NCBI GenBank assembly: GCA_050250375.1
Contig: JBFWOS010000002.1
Span: forward strand, 77,547 to 141,546
From: Candidatus Omnitrophota bacterium
GTDB taxonomy: Bacteria; Omnitrophota; Gorgyraeia; Zapsychrales; Zapsychraceae
Reading direction: 5' to 3'
DNA: 64,000 bases
In this document: positions 40,217-48,548 of the stretch, in pieces
How positions within the stretch are numbered: the first letter of the stretch is position 1
Layout: each line of letters opens with the position of its first letter
The notes under the pieces: model-generated
The model's input: the letters and a program-made list of their open reading frames with translations, nothing else
The model's database searches: none
Told to the model about the DNA's origin: nothing
Translations under genes and position numbers: made by a program

Positions 40217-41569
40217 ATGGCGAAAACGGCACAAAATAAAGATAAAATAACGCCGGTAAAAAAGACAGTCAAGGCTAAAGAAGATGAGGTTATTTCGGGT
40301 GAGGGGCAAGAGGTGCACATTGATATTACCAGCCTGAAAAATATGAAAATGTCCGAACTCAATAAGATTGCAAAAGACATGGACATTTCCGGTGTCAGCA
40401 GTTTGAAGAAACAGGACCTGATTTTTAAGGTTCTTCAGGCCCAAGCCGAGAAAGAAGGACAGATGTTCGGCGGCGGGACACTGGAAATATTATCGGAAGG
40501 GTTTGGTTTTTTGCGTAGCGCAAATTACAATTATTTACCTTGTCCGGATGATATCTACATTTCACCCTCTCAAATCAGAAGATTTGACCTTAAGACCGGT
40601 GACAGCGTTAATGGGCATATTCGACCTCCCAAGGAAGGCGAGAAATATTTCGCGTTGTTAAAGGTTGAGGCCGTCAATTTTGAGAATCCGGAAAAATGCA
40701 AAGATAAAATATTCTTTGATAATTTAACTCCGCTATATCCCAAAGACAGGATTATCCTTGAGACCGAACAAAAAGAATTATCAACGCGAATCATGGATAT
40801 GTTGACTCCATTGGGCAAAGGACAACGGGCTCTGATCGTTGCCCCGCCATTCAGCGGGAAGACGGTTCTTTTGCAGAAGGTAGCAAATTCAATTATGCAA
40901 AATCAGCCGGATGTTATTCTCATGGTCTTGCTGATTGATGAGCGTCCTGAGGAAGTCACGGATATGCAACGTAATGTTAAAGGGGAAGTTATTGCGTCAA
41001 CGTTTGATGAACCGGCTGAACGCCATGTTCAGGTTGCCGAGATGGTCCTGGAAAAGGCGAAGAGACTGGTCGAGCATCAACGAGACGTTATTATTCTGTT
41101 GGACAGTATCACCAGGCTCGCTCGTGCGTACAATACGGTGGTTCCGCACAGCGGGAAGATTCTTTCCGGCGGGGTTGACTCCAATGCCTTACACAAACCA
41201 AAACGGTTTTTTGGTGCGGCCAGGGCGGTTGAAGAAGGTGGTAGTTTAACTGTAATCGCGACTTCATTGGTTGAAACCGGAAGCCGGATGGATGAAGTTA
41301 TCTTTGAAGAATTCAAAGGTACCGGTAATATGGAACTGCAACTGGACCGAAATTTATTCCAGCGCAGGATTTATCCGGCGATTGATATTAAGCGGTCAAA
41401 TACCCGTCACGAAGAATATCTGATTCCGGATAACGACCTTCAGCGGATTTGGTTGTTACGTAAGGCCATCAATGACTTGAACTCTGCCGAAGCGATGGAA
41501 TTGCTGATTGACCGCATCGGGAAGTATAAGACAAACAGGGATTTCCTTGATAATCTGAATAATATGTGA
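40217..41569 (+). CDS. rho: Transcription termination factor Rho with a Lys-rich N-terminal extension
   Basis: Rho_N '[11 protein letters not shown]', the CSD-like '[14 protein letters not shown]' and ATPase motifs 'APPFSGKT' and '[10 protein letters not shown]'. The likely start is the ATG at 40217, behind a GAGGG RBS; the track ORF begins at 40166 and overlaps coaE. Confidence 0.92.
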   Translation: MAKTAQNKDKITPVKKTVKAKEDEVISGEGQEVHIDITSLKNMKMSELNKIAKDMDISGVSSLKKQDLIFKVLQAQAEKEGQMFGGGTLEILSEGFGFLRSANYNYLPCPDDIYISPSQIRRFDLKTGDSVNGHIRPPKEGEKYFALLKVEAVNFENPEKCKDKIFFDNLTPLYPKDRIILETEQKELSTRIMDMLTPLGKGQRALIVAPPFSGKTVLLQKVANSIMQNQPDVILMVLLIDERPEEVTDMQRNVKGEVIASTFDEPAERHVQVAEMVLEKAKRLVEHQRDVIILLDSITRLARAYNTVVPHSGKILSGGVDSNALHKPKRFFGAARAVEEGGSLTVIATSLVETGSRMDEVIFEEFKGTGNMELQLDRNLFQRRIYPAIDIKRSNTRHEEYLIPDNDLQRIWLLRKAINDLNSAEAMELLIDRIGKYKTNRDFLDNLNNM

Positions 41570-41630
41570 GGCTATGGTATAAGTTTATATTTTACAATAT
41601 GTTACGATTCTGTTGTTGGTGTTAGAAAAA

Positions 41631-41658
41631 TTGTACATTTTTAAATTTATGCTATAAT
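41631..41658 (+). promoter_or_regulatory. Candidate sigma70 promoter for rpmE
   Basis: -35 TTGTAC (41631-41636), a 16-nt spacer and -10 TATAAT (41653-41658), in an AT-rich 150-nt intergenic region. Confidence 0.45.
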
Positions 41659-41720
41659 TGACATTCTTAAATTAAATATATATATTGATTTAATATTATT
41701 AATAAACGAGGAGTATATTG

Positions 41721-41921
41721 ATGAAAGCTGACATTCATCCAGAGTATGTTGACACGACCATTTCATGTGTGTGCGGGAATGTTGTTAAAACACGGTCAAC
41801 TGTTCAAAGCATCCGGGTAGAAATTTGTTCAAGTTGCCATCCTTTCTTTACCGGTGAGAAGAAGTTGGTCGACACCGCCGGTCGTATTGACCGATTCAAG
41901 AAACGATACAAAAATAAATAA
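41721..41921 (+). CDS. rpmE: 50S ribosomal protein L31 (zinc-ribbon form)
   Basis: 'ADIHPEY' with CxxC...CxxC; GAGGAG RBS. The track ORF starts at TTG 41718. Confidence 0.93.
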   Translation: MKADIHPEYVDTTISCVCGNVVKTRSTVQSIRVEICSSCHPFFTGEKKLVDTAGRIDRFKKRYKNK

Positions 41922-41930
41922 CATTTTATT

Positions 41931-41962
41931 GGGCCGCAAATTTTGCGGCCCAAAGTGTTTTT
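41931..41962 (+). terminator. Rho-independent terminator after rpmE
   Basis: Perfect palindrome 'GGGCCGCAAATTTTGCGGCCC' followed by 'AAAGTGTTTTT'. Confidence 0.75.
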
Positions 41963-41967
41963 ACTAA

Positions 41968-43038
41968 ATGAACCTAAACAAATTTGAGAAAATAGAAGTA
42001 CGGTTTAGAGAACTTGAATCGTTGCTGGCAGACCCGAAAATCATTTCAGATCAAAACCAATATCAAAAACTGGCGAAAGAGTATTCTGATCTAACTGAAA
42101 TCGTGACGGTTTTCAATGATTACAAAAATCTTGGAAGCCAGATTGCTGAATTGAAGACTCTTTTGACTGAAAAGCATGATCATGAATTTGAGGCGTTAGC
42201 CAAGGCTGAACTGAAAGAAAATTTGGCGCGTCAGACAGAACTCGCCGATAAGCTCGAAGACCTGAGTAATCCTAAGAAACAAGAGCAAAACAGAGCGCTT
42301 ATTATTGAAATACGGGCTGGTACCGGTGGGGAAGAGGCGAGTTTGTTTGCTGCTGATCTTTATCGGATGTACTCAAGGTATGCTGATAAGAAAGGCTGGA
42401 AGGTTGAACCCATCAACTCTCATCCTTCGGAAACAGGCGGATTCAAAGAAGTCATTTTTAGTATCAGCGGAAATGGCGCTGAGAAACACCTTAAGTGGGA
42501 AAGCGGAGCGCACCGGGTCCAACGTGTTCCAACGACAGAAGCCTCAGGCCGTATTCACACCTCAGCGGCTACGGTGGCTGTGTTGTTTGAAGCGGAAGAC
42601 ATTGAACTGGTGATCGACCCAAACGATTTGAAGATTGATATTTACCGTTCATCCGGACCGGGAGGGCAAAGTGTAAATACGACGGACTCAGCTGTTCGCA
42701 TTACCCATTTACCTTCGGGAACAATTGTTGTTTGTCAGGATGAACGATCTCAGCTAAAAAATAAACAAAAAGCCATGCGGGTGTTGCGGGCCCGTATATT
42801 GGATAAGATGAAAAGTGACAGTCAGGAACAGGAATCGCAGGACCGCAAACTGAAGGTTGGCAGCGGCGACCGGAGTGAGAAAATCAGGACGTATAATTAT
42901 CCTGACCGGCGAGTGACTGATCACCGGATCGGTTTTACAACGCACAAATTACAATTTGTTATGGATGGGGAACTCGATGAGATTACCGGCGCATTAATAA
43001 ACGCAGAAAATGAGGACATGATTAATGAACGAGAATGA
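41968..43038 (+). CDS. prfA: Peptide chain release factor 1
   Basis: '[16 protein letters not shown]' GGQ motif and a PxT-type recognition region. Confidence 0.95.
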   Translation: MNLNKFEKIEVRFRELESLLADPKIISDQNQYQKLAKEYSDLTEIVTVFNDYKNLGSQIAELKTLLTEKHDHEFEALAKAELKENLARQTELADKLEDLSNPKKQEQNRALIIEIRAGTGGEEASLFAADLYRMYSRYADKKGWKVEPINSHPSETGGFKEVIFSISGNGAEKHLKWESGAHRVQRVPTTEASGRIHTSAATVAVLFEAEDIELVIDPNDLKIDIYRSSGPGGQSVNTTDSAVRITHLPSGTIVVCQDERSQLKNKQKAMRVLRARILDKMKSDSQEQESQDRKLKVGSGDRSEKIRTYNYPDRRVTDHRIGFTTHKLQFVMDGELDEITGALINAENEDMINERE

Positions 43039-43843
43039 GCAAATTTTAACGTCGGTCTTAAATTGCCGCCGGATAGACTTGTATGTCGACAGCAAGGAGC
43101 TAACGGCTGACCAGAAAGAACAATATTCCAAAATGCTTGCGCGAAGAGCCCAGGGGGAACCGCTGCAATACATTATTGGTCATTGCGAATTTCTGAACAC
43201 AAAATTGTTTGTCAATGAGCATGTGCTGGTCCCGCGGCCGGAGACAGAATTATTGGTTGAGATGGCCGTACAGAAATTAAGAATGTTGAAAAGCCGTCCC
43301 TTGCGGATTCTGGATTTGGGGACCGGTTCGGGTAATATAGCGATCGCTTTAGCCAAAAGGGTTTATGATTGCCATGTTACGGCTTTGGATATTTCTCGTG
43401 AGGCTATTATGGTCGCCCGGAATAATGCCAGAAAGAATTTCGTTGAGAATAAAACAACATTTGTTTGGTGTGATATGTTTAAGTTTCTGGAAATTGATGA
43501 AGAGTTAACCCATAAATTTGATATGGTCATCTCCAACCCGCCGTATATCAAATCAGGGGATATCGCTACCCTTCCCAAAGATGTGCAGCGAGAACCGCAC
43601 ATTGCCCTGGACGGGGGAAAAGACGGATTGGCCTTTTATCGGGGCATTGTTGACCGGGCTGGAAAATTCCTTAACGAGGATGGTCTTTTGATGTTTGAAA
43701 TCGGGGAGCATCAGGCAAAGTCCATAGAACGAATAATCCAGCATTTTCCTTATTTTCAAAATACGTTTATTTTTCGGGATTATACCGACACCGATCGTTT
43801 TTTATGTTCACAGTATAAATTTACGGGAGCCATCATTAATTAA
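43025..43843 (+). CDS. prmC: Release factor glutamine N5-methyltransferase
   Basis: '[15 protein letters not shown]' SAM motif I and the 'NPPY' motif in 'ISNPPYI'. It follows prfA. Confidence 0.9.
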   Translation: MNENEQILTSVLNCRRIDLYVDSKELTADQKEQYSKMLARRAQGEPLQYIIGHCEFLNTKLFVNEHVLVPRPETELLVEMAVQKLRMLKSRPLRILDLGTGSGNIAIALAKRVYDCHVTALDISREAIMVARNNARKNFVENKTTFVWCDMFKFLEIDEELTHKFDMVISNPPYIKSGDIATLPKDVQREPHIALDGGKDGLAFYRGIVDRAGKFLNEDGLLMFEIGEHQAKSIERIIQHFPYFQNTFIFRDYTDTDRFLCSQYKFTGAIIN

Positions 43844-43864
43844 CCTACAATCAAAGAGCCTTCT

Positions 43865-45127
43865 ATGGAGAAATTAATACTTGAAGGTGGATATCCGCTG
43901 CATGGGGTTGTGGAGATTAGCGGTTCCAAAAACGCCGCTCTGCCGATTCTGGCTGCGACTCTCCTAACGGATGAGCCCTGCCGTCTGCGGAATATTCCCA
44001 AATTGCGTGACACCTTGACCATGATTAAACTTCTCAAGTCCCTTGGGAAAAAGGTCGAATTTCAAGATAACAAATTAAATATCACATCAAATGGAAAATC
44101 CAATCATGTTGCGGACTATAAACTTGTTTCAACCATGCGGGGTTCATTTTGTGTCCTTGGTCCGTTATTGGCTAAATTAAGTAAAGCAAAGGTCTCGATG
44201 CCGGGTGGGTGTGTCATTGGTGTCCGTCCGGTTGACCTTCATTTGAAGGGGCTTAAAGCGCTAGGGGCCAAAATTGATATCGACGGCGGATATATTTATG
44301 CGAGGTCAAAGCAGCTTAAAGGCAGCCACATTTATTTGGGCGGAGTCTTTGGATCCTCGGTTTTAGCCACTGCGAATGTCCTCATGGCCGCGGTATTGGC
44401 TAAAGGCGAGACTATTATTGAGTCGGCGGCCTGCGAACCAGAGGTTGAAGACTTAAGCCGAATGCTGAATGCCATGGGAGCCAAGATAAAAGGCGTCGGT
44501 TCTCCAAGGCTGACGATTACCGGAGTAAAAAAATTGAGTGGTGTTAACTATAAAGTGATCTCCGACCGGATTGAAGCTGGAACTTATATTCTTCTCGGCG
44601 CGGCTACAAAAAGTGATATCAGTTTAAAAGGGGTTGAGTATTCTCACCTACTGGCGCTCATTGATGTATTAAATGATGTCGGCGTCCATGTATATCAGGA
44701 TGGGGCATTATTAAAAATTAAATACAGTCAGAATTATAAACCCGTCAGCATAAATACATATCCTTTTCCAGGTTTTCCAACGGATCTGCAAGCCCAATTT
44801 ATGGCGCTCATGGCTATGGTCGAGGGAGTCAGCGTAATTACCGATAAGGTTTATCCCGACCGGTTTATTCATATTGCCGAACTAAACCGGATGGGGGCCA
44901 ATATCCGGCGGGAAGGACTTACAGCGATTGTCCAGGGAGTTAAAACTTTACGCGGGGCGCCGGTTATGGCCTCAGACCTGCGGGCGTCTGCCGCGTTGGT
45001 TATTGCAGGGTTAGCGGCTAAGGGCAGGACGGAAATACACCGCATATACCATCTTGAAAGAGGTTACGAACGTCTGGATGAAAAGTTAATCAAACTCGGA
45101 GCAAAGGTTTATCGAGAAAAGGAATAA
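43865..45127 (+). CDS. murA: UDP-N-acetylglucosamine 1-carboxyvinyltransferase
   Basis: N-terminus 'LILEGGYPLHGVVEISGSKNAALPILAA' and a catalytic Cys in 'MPGGCVIG'. Confidence 0.93.
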   Translation: MEKLILEGGYPLHGVVEISGSKNAALPILAATLLTDEPCRLRNIPKLRDTLTMIKLLKSLGKKVEFQDNKLNITSNGKSNHVADYKLVSTMRGSFCVLGPLLAKLSKAKVSMPGGCVIGVRPVDLHLKGLKALGAKIDIDGGYIYARSKQLKGSHIYLGGVFGSSVLATANVLMAAVLAKGETIIESAACEPEVEDLSRMLNAMGAKIKGVGSPRLTITGVKKLSGVNYKVISDRIEAGTYILLGAATKSDISLKGVEYSHLLALIDVLNDVGVHVYQDGALLKIKYSQNYKPVSINTYPFPGFPTDLQAQFMALMAMVEGVSVITDKVYPDRFIHIAELNRMGANIRREGLTAIVQGVKTLRGAPVMASDLRASAALVIAGLAAKGRTEIHRIYHLERGYERLDEKLIKLGAKVYREKE

Positions 45128-45129
45128 AC

Positions 45130-45693
45130 ATGATCTTGATGCTGGATAATTATGATTCGTTCACTTATAACCTTGTGCAATATTTGGGTGAACTCGGGGC
45201 CGACCTGAAGGTTTACAGAAATGATGTTATTTCAACCGAAGACATCCAGCGTATGCGGCCTGAAAAAATAGTAATTTCTCCTGGGCCAAGCAATCCCGAT
45301 CATGCGGGAATATCCTTGGAAGTCATTCAGGCCTTTAAAAATAAAGTTCCGATCTTTGGGGTATGTCTCGGGCACCAATGTCTGGGGCAGGCATTCGGCG
45401 GCCGCATTATCCGCGCCCAAAAATTAATGCATGGAAAGACTTCATCAATCCGTCATAACGGAAAAGACATCTTCCAGGATGTACAAAATCCATTTAATGC
45501 GACCCGCTATCATTCCCTTGTTATAGAACGAAAATCCATGCCGAAATGTTTTGAAATCACGGCCGAAAGCGAAGATAATGAAATTATGGGGATCCGCCAT
45601 AAAGAGCTGCCGTTATGGGGCGTTCAATTTCATCCGGAATCAATTCTGACGACGGAAGGCAAAAAGTTGTTGGATAATTTTCTGAAACTCTAG
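45130..45693 (+). CDS. trpG: Anthranilate synthase component II / aminodeoxychorismate synthase glutamine amidotransferase
   Basis: Class I GATase with catalytic 'GVCLGHQ' and 'HPES'. It lies directly upstream of trpD-C-F. Confidence 0.85.
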   Translation: MILMLDNYDSFTYNLVQYLGELGADLKVYRNDVISTEDIQRMRPEKIVISPGPSNPDHAGISLEVIQAFKNKVPIFGVCLGHQCLGQAFGGRIIRAQKLMHGKTSSIRHNGKDIFQDVQNPFNATRYHSLVIERKSMPKCFEITAESEDNEIMGIRHKELPLWGVQFHPESILTTEGKKLLDNFLKL

Positions 45694-45703
45694 CCTTTAA
45701 ATA

Positions 45704-46714
45704 ATGCGAAAATACGTCGATAAACTGCACAATAAAGAAAATCTTACCCAAAGTGAAATCGAAATTGTGATGGATTCGATCATGTCTGGCGAAGCCATGA
45801 AAGAAGATGTAGCGAGCTTCCTTCTTGCCTTACGGGATAAAGGGCCGACGGTTGAGGAGATTACCGGGGCTGCCAGGATCATGCGCAAGTTTGTCATCGG
45901 GATAAGGTCTTCCCATCCTGATTTGCTGGATACATGCGGGACAGGCGGAGACAAGACAAATACATTTAACATTTCAACCGTTACAGCCTTGGTAGTCGCC
46001 GGAGCGGGTGTTCCGGTTGCGAAACACGGTAACCGGTCTGTATCCAGTAAATGTGGTTCCGCTGATATACTTGAAGCTTTGGGAGTTAATCTCGATGTAG
46101 AGGAAGGCCGGTTAAAAGATTGTCTGGACCAAGTCGGTATCGCGTTTCTATTTGCTCAGAAATTTCATCCGGCCATGAAAAATGTCGCGCCGATTAGGAA
46201 AGAACTCGGCGTAGAAACTATATTTAACATATTGGGTCCGTTGACGAATCCGGCCAATGCGACCCATCAAATGATCGGCGTTTATTCCAGGGATTTGGTT
46301 GAACCGATGGCCCAGGTGCTTAAGAATTTAGGTCTAAAGAAAGCGCTCGTTGTTCACGGGAGTGATGGATTGGACGAAATTACAACGACGGGGAAGACAT
46401 TTATCAGTGAATATAACGGGAATGAAGTCATGTCGTACGATATTGATCCATCGGAATTGGGGATAATCCAGGCCAAACCAGCGGACCTTAAAGGGGGAGA
46501 CCTAAACGAAAATGTGCGGATTGTAACAAGCATACTTTCGGGAGACAAAGGGCCCCGACGGGATATTGTATTGCTCAACGCGGCGTATGCGCTATACATC
46601 AGCGACCAGGTCAGCAGTATTGAGAAGGGAATGGAATTGGCCAAGGATTCTATTGATTCAAAGAGGGCCCAGCAAAAATTGAATGCCTTGAAAGAGTTTA
46701 CGCATGCCAAATAA
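45704..46714 (+). CDS. trpD: Anthranilate phosphoribosyltransferase
   Basis: 'DTCGTGGD' and 'KHGNRSVSSKCGSADILEALG'. Confidence 0.93.
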   Translation: MRKYVDKLHNKENLTQSEIEIVMDSIMSGEAMKEDVASFLLALRDKGPTVEEITGAARIMRKFVIGIRSSHPDLLDTCGTGGDKTNTFNISTVTALVVAGAGVPVAKHGNRSVSSKCGSADILEALGVNLDVEEGRLKDCLDQVGIAFLFAQKFHPAMKNVAPIRKELGVETIFNILGPLTNPANATHQMIGVYSRDLVEPMAQVLKNLGLKKALVVHGSDGLDEITTTGKTFISEYNGNEVMSYDIDPSELGIIQAKPADLKGGDLNENVRIVTSILSGDKGPRRDIVLLNAAYALYISDQVSSIEKGMELAKDSIDSKRAQQKLNALKEFTHAK

Positions 46715-47495
46715 TTTTCTGGAGAATATAGTTGCATGTAAGAAGGAGCTTAATGCGTCGAAAAAGGAATATTTCCGGATGATACGGGAGAAGCTCGAGA
46801 AATCACAATATAACCGTTATCATTTGTTTCGAAATGCGATTCGTGGCCGGGATGAATTAAGCCTAATTGCAGAAATTAAAAAAGCATCCCCTTCCAAAGG
46901 GATCATCCGGGAAGATTTTGATGTTGTCCAGATTGCCAAAGAATATAGCGATCATCATGCCGCAGCGCTTTCTATTCTGACAGAAGAAAAATTTTTTCTT
47001 GGAAAGCCCGGTTATGTCAAAACAGTCAGTGAGCAATTTCAGTTGCCCATTTTAATGAAAGATTTTTTTATCGAAGAGAGCCAAATATATGAAGCCCTCG
47101 TCAACGGAGCTAGTGCGATATTGTTGATTGTCGCTATTCTGAATGACAATGAATTGCAACGAATGATGACGACAGCCAGTTCTCTTGATCTTGATTGTTT
47201 AGTTGAAGTGCATACCAAACAAGAATTAGACCGGGCGCTCAATTTAGGCGCGCAGATTATTGGAATCAATAACCGGGATCTGCATACGTTTGAGGTCTCC
47301 CTGGAGACCAGCCGGACGTTGATTCCAAAAATACCTTCTCATAAAATTGTTGTGGCCGAGAGCGGCATAACGACGAACGCCGATATTAAAGAAATGAAAA
47401 TACTTGGAGCAGATGCTGTCCTTATTGGAGAAACATTTATGCGGGAAAGTAAAATTGGTTCTAAAATTGATGAAGTGATGGGGAAGAAAAGATGA
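46704..47495 (+). CDS. trpC: Indole-3-glycerol phosphate synthase
   Basis: 'LIAEIKKASPSKG', 'ILLIVAIL' and 'IGINNRDL'. Confidence 0.92.
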   Translation: MPNNFLENIVACKKELNASKKEYFRMIREKLEKSQYNRYHLFRNAIRGRDELSLIAEIKKASPSKGIIREDFDVVQIAKEYSDHHAAALSILTEEKFFLGKPGYVKTVSEQFQLPILMKDFFIEESQIYEALVNGASAILLIVAILNDNELQRMMTTASSLDLDCLVEVHTKQELDRALNLGAQIIGINNRDLHTFEVSLETSRTLIPKIPSHKIVVAESGITTNADIKEMKILGADAVLIGETFMRESKIGSKIDEVMGKKR

Positions 47496-48106
47496 CAAGA
47501 GTCAAGATATGCGGGATTACGAATCAAGACGATGCGTTAAAGGCTGCTTATTATGGGGCCTATGCGGTCGGATTTATATTCTATAAAAAAAGTCCTCGAT
47601 ATATTAGTCCGAGTAAGGCCAGGAAAATTATCGAAACTTTACCTCCGTTTATTATCCCCGTTGGCGTTTTCGTTGATTTAAAAGAGAATGCTGTTCGTGA
47701 AATTTGTAAATTTACCCGCATAAAAACAGTCCAGTTCCATGGAGAAGAGAAACCTGTCTATTGCAAACGTTTTGCTGATTATAAAATTATTAAGGCATTT
47801 CGAGTCAATGACGTATTTGATTTTACTTCCGTTTTAAAGTATAAGGTTGACGCCTATTTGTTTGATACCTATCAAGAAAATGTTTTGGGTGGGACCGGAA
47901 AAACGTTTAATTGGGGTTTGTTAAAATCACAAAAGTTTGATAAACCGGTTATTTTATCCGGAGGCCTTACGGCCGAGAACGTAAAAGCTGGAATAAATGA
48001 AGTCCAGCCGTATGCGGTTGATATTTCCAGCGGTCTTGAGGAATCCCCCGGAATTAAAGATTCCACTAAAATTAGGGAATTTATGAATACCCTCCGGGAA
48101 ACCTAG
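47492..48106 (+). CDS. trpF: N-(5'-phosphoribosyl)anthranilate isomerase
   Basis: 'VKICGIT' N-terminus and 'ILSGGLT'; it follows trpC. Confidence 0.9.
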   Translation: MTRVKICGITNQDDALKAAYYGAYAVGFIFYKKSPRYISPSKARKIIETLPPFIIPVGVFVDLKENAVREICKFTRIKTVQFHGEEKPVYCKRFADYKIIKAFRVNDVFDFTSVLKYKVDAYLFDTYQENVLGGTGKTFNWGLLKSQKFDKPVILSGGLTAENVKAGINEVQPYAVDISSGLEESPGIKDSTKIREFMNTLRET

Positions 48107-48184
48107 TTTTCAATCCAAAACTTCCGACTAAGATAAATTTTAGCGGTAAATACAAAAGATATTGATAAATAAAGGCTTATAGAA

Positions 48185-48213
48185 TTGAAGGCTGTGGAAA
48201 ACTATGGTATATT
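48185..48213 (+). promoter_or_regulatory. Candidate sigma70 promoter driving the structured RNA
   Basis: -35 TTGAAG (48185-48190), a 17-nt spacer and -10 TATATT (48208-48213). The predicted TSS at ~48220 coincides with the 5' arm of the RNA's closing helix. Confidence 0.45.
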
Positions 48214-48220
48214 TAGACTG

Positions 48221-48457
48221 AGCCGATAAAGGTAAACCCGGGGAAACCCGGGGACACAAAACCGACAGACCTAAAATGTTTAAGGCCAAAGAGGCCCGAA
48301 CAGGCAAAAGAGCCGGGGCAATTTAAGACGAAGATCAGGTCAAGAACAGAATGGTGGCTGGGTTGCCGAAGTGCGATGAGGGAGACATCCTCATCTTTAT
48401 CGGCTTATCTTTCAAACGATAAGCATAAACCCCTTAGACATTAAGGGGTTTTTTTAT
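48221..48457 (+). ncRNA. Candidate structured RNA (~237 nt): either an independent sRNA or an attenuator-type 5' leader of the giant gene. The family is not recognised.
   Basis: A 9-bp closing helix pairs 48223-48231 'CCGATAAAG' with 48395-48403 'CTTTATCGG'. It encloses four elements:
- a 6-bp GC stem with GAAA tetraloop (48237-48252, 'CCCGGGGAAACCCGGG');
- a 'GGCCaaagaGGCC' hairpin;
- a 7-bp hairpin 48375-48395, 'GATGAGG.......CCTCATC';
- a 7-bp hairpin 48403-48424, 'GCTTATC........GATAAGC', whose 5' arm competes with the closing helix.
It ends in an intrinsic terminator. There is no ORF of 60 aa or more in the region. Confidence 0.5.
48428..48457 (+). terminator. Rho-independent terminator (3' end of the RNA candidate / attenuator)
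   Basis: 'AACCCCTTAgacaTTAAGGGGTT' followed by a T7 run. Confidence 0.7.
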
Positions 48458-48466
48458 TGGATTCTT

Positions 48467-48494
48467 TTGATTGCAATAAATAGTACTATATTAT
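48467..48494 (+). promoter_or_regulatory. Candidate sigma70 promoter for the giant gene
   Basis: -35 TTGATT (48467-48472), a 16-nt spacer and -10 TATTAT (48489-48494), ~55 nt upstream of ATG 48549. Confidence 0.35.
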
Positions 48495-48548
48495 ATACTA
48501 ATATCAATTCCAATTCCCCACCGTAGTAGGATAAATCCTAAATTACCT

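Noticed and set aside
48221-48457. Possibility that the structured RNA is RNase P RNA. It shares short strings with E. coli M1 RNA: GGTAAAC, AAGGCCAAA and CGGCTTATC.
   Set aside because: No P4 consensus (GGAAAGTCCGG / ACAGAACCCGG) is present. The invariant GGTAAGAGCGCACC region is absent. Only ~115 AT-rich, unstructured nucleotides lie between the trpF stop and the candidate, too little for the 5' half. The matches are probably coincidental.
48221-48457. Possibility that the RNA is a T-box, FMN, TPP, cobalamin, SRP or tmRNA element
   Set aside because: I found no 'GGGTGGNACCGCG' T-box sequence, B12 box or TPP 'CTGAGA' core. FMN-like strings (CCGACAG, GGGG-GAAA-CCC) occur in the wrong order. 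The 'AGGTCAAGAACAGAATGG' segment only loosely resembles SRP domain IV. There is no tRNA-like 3' end. It is left as unclassified pending a covariance-model search.
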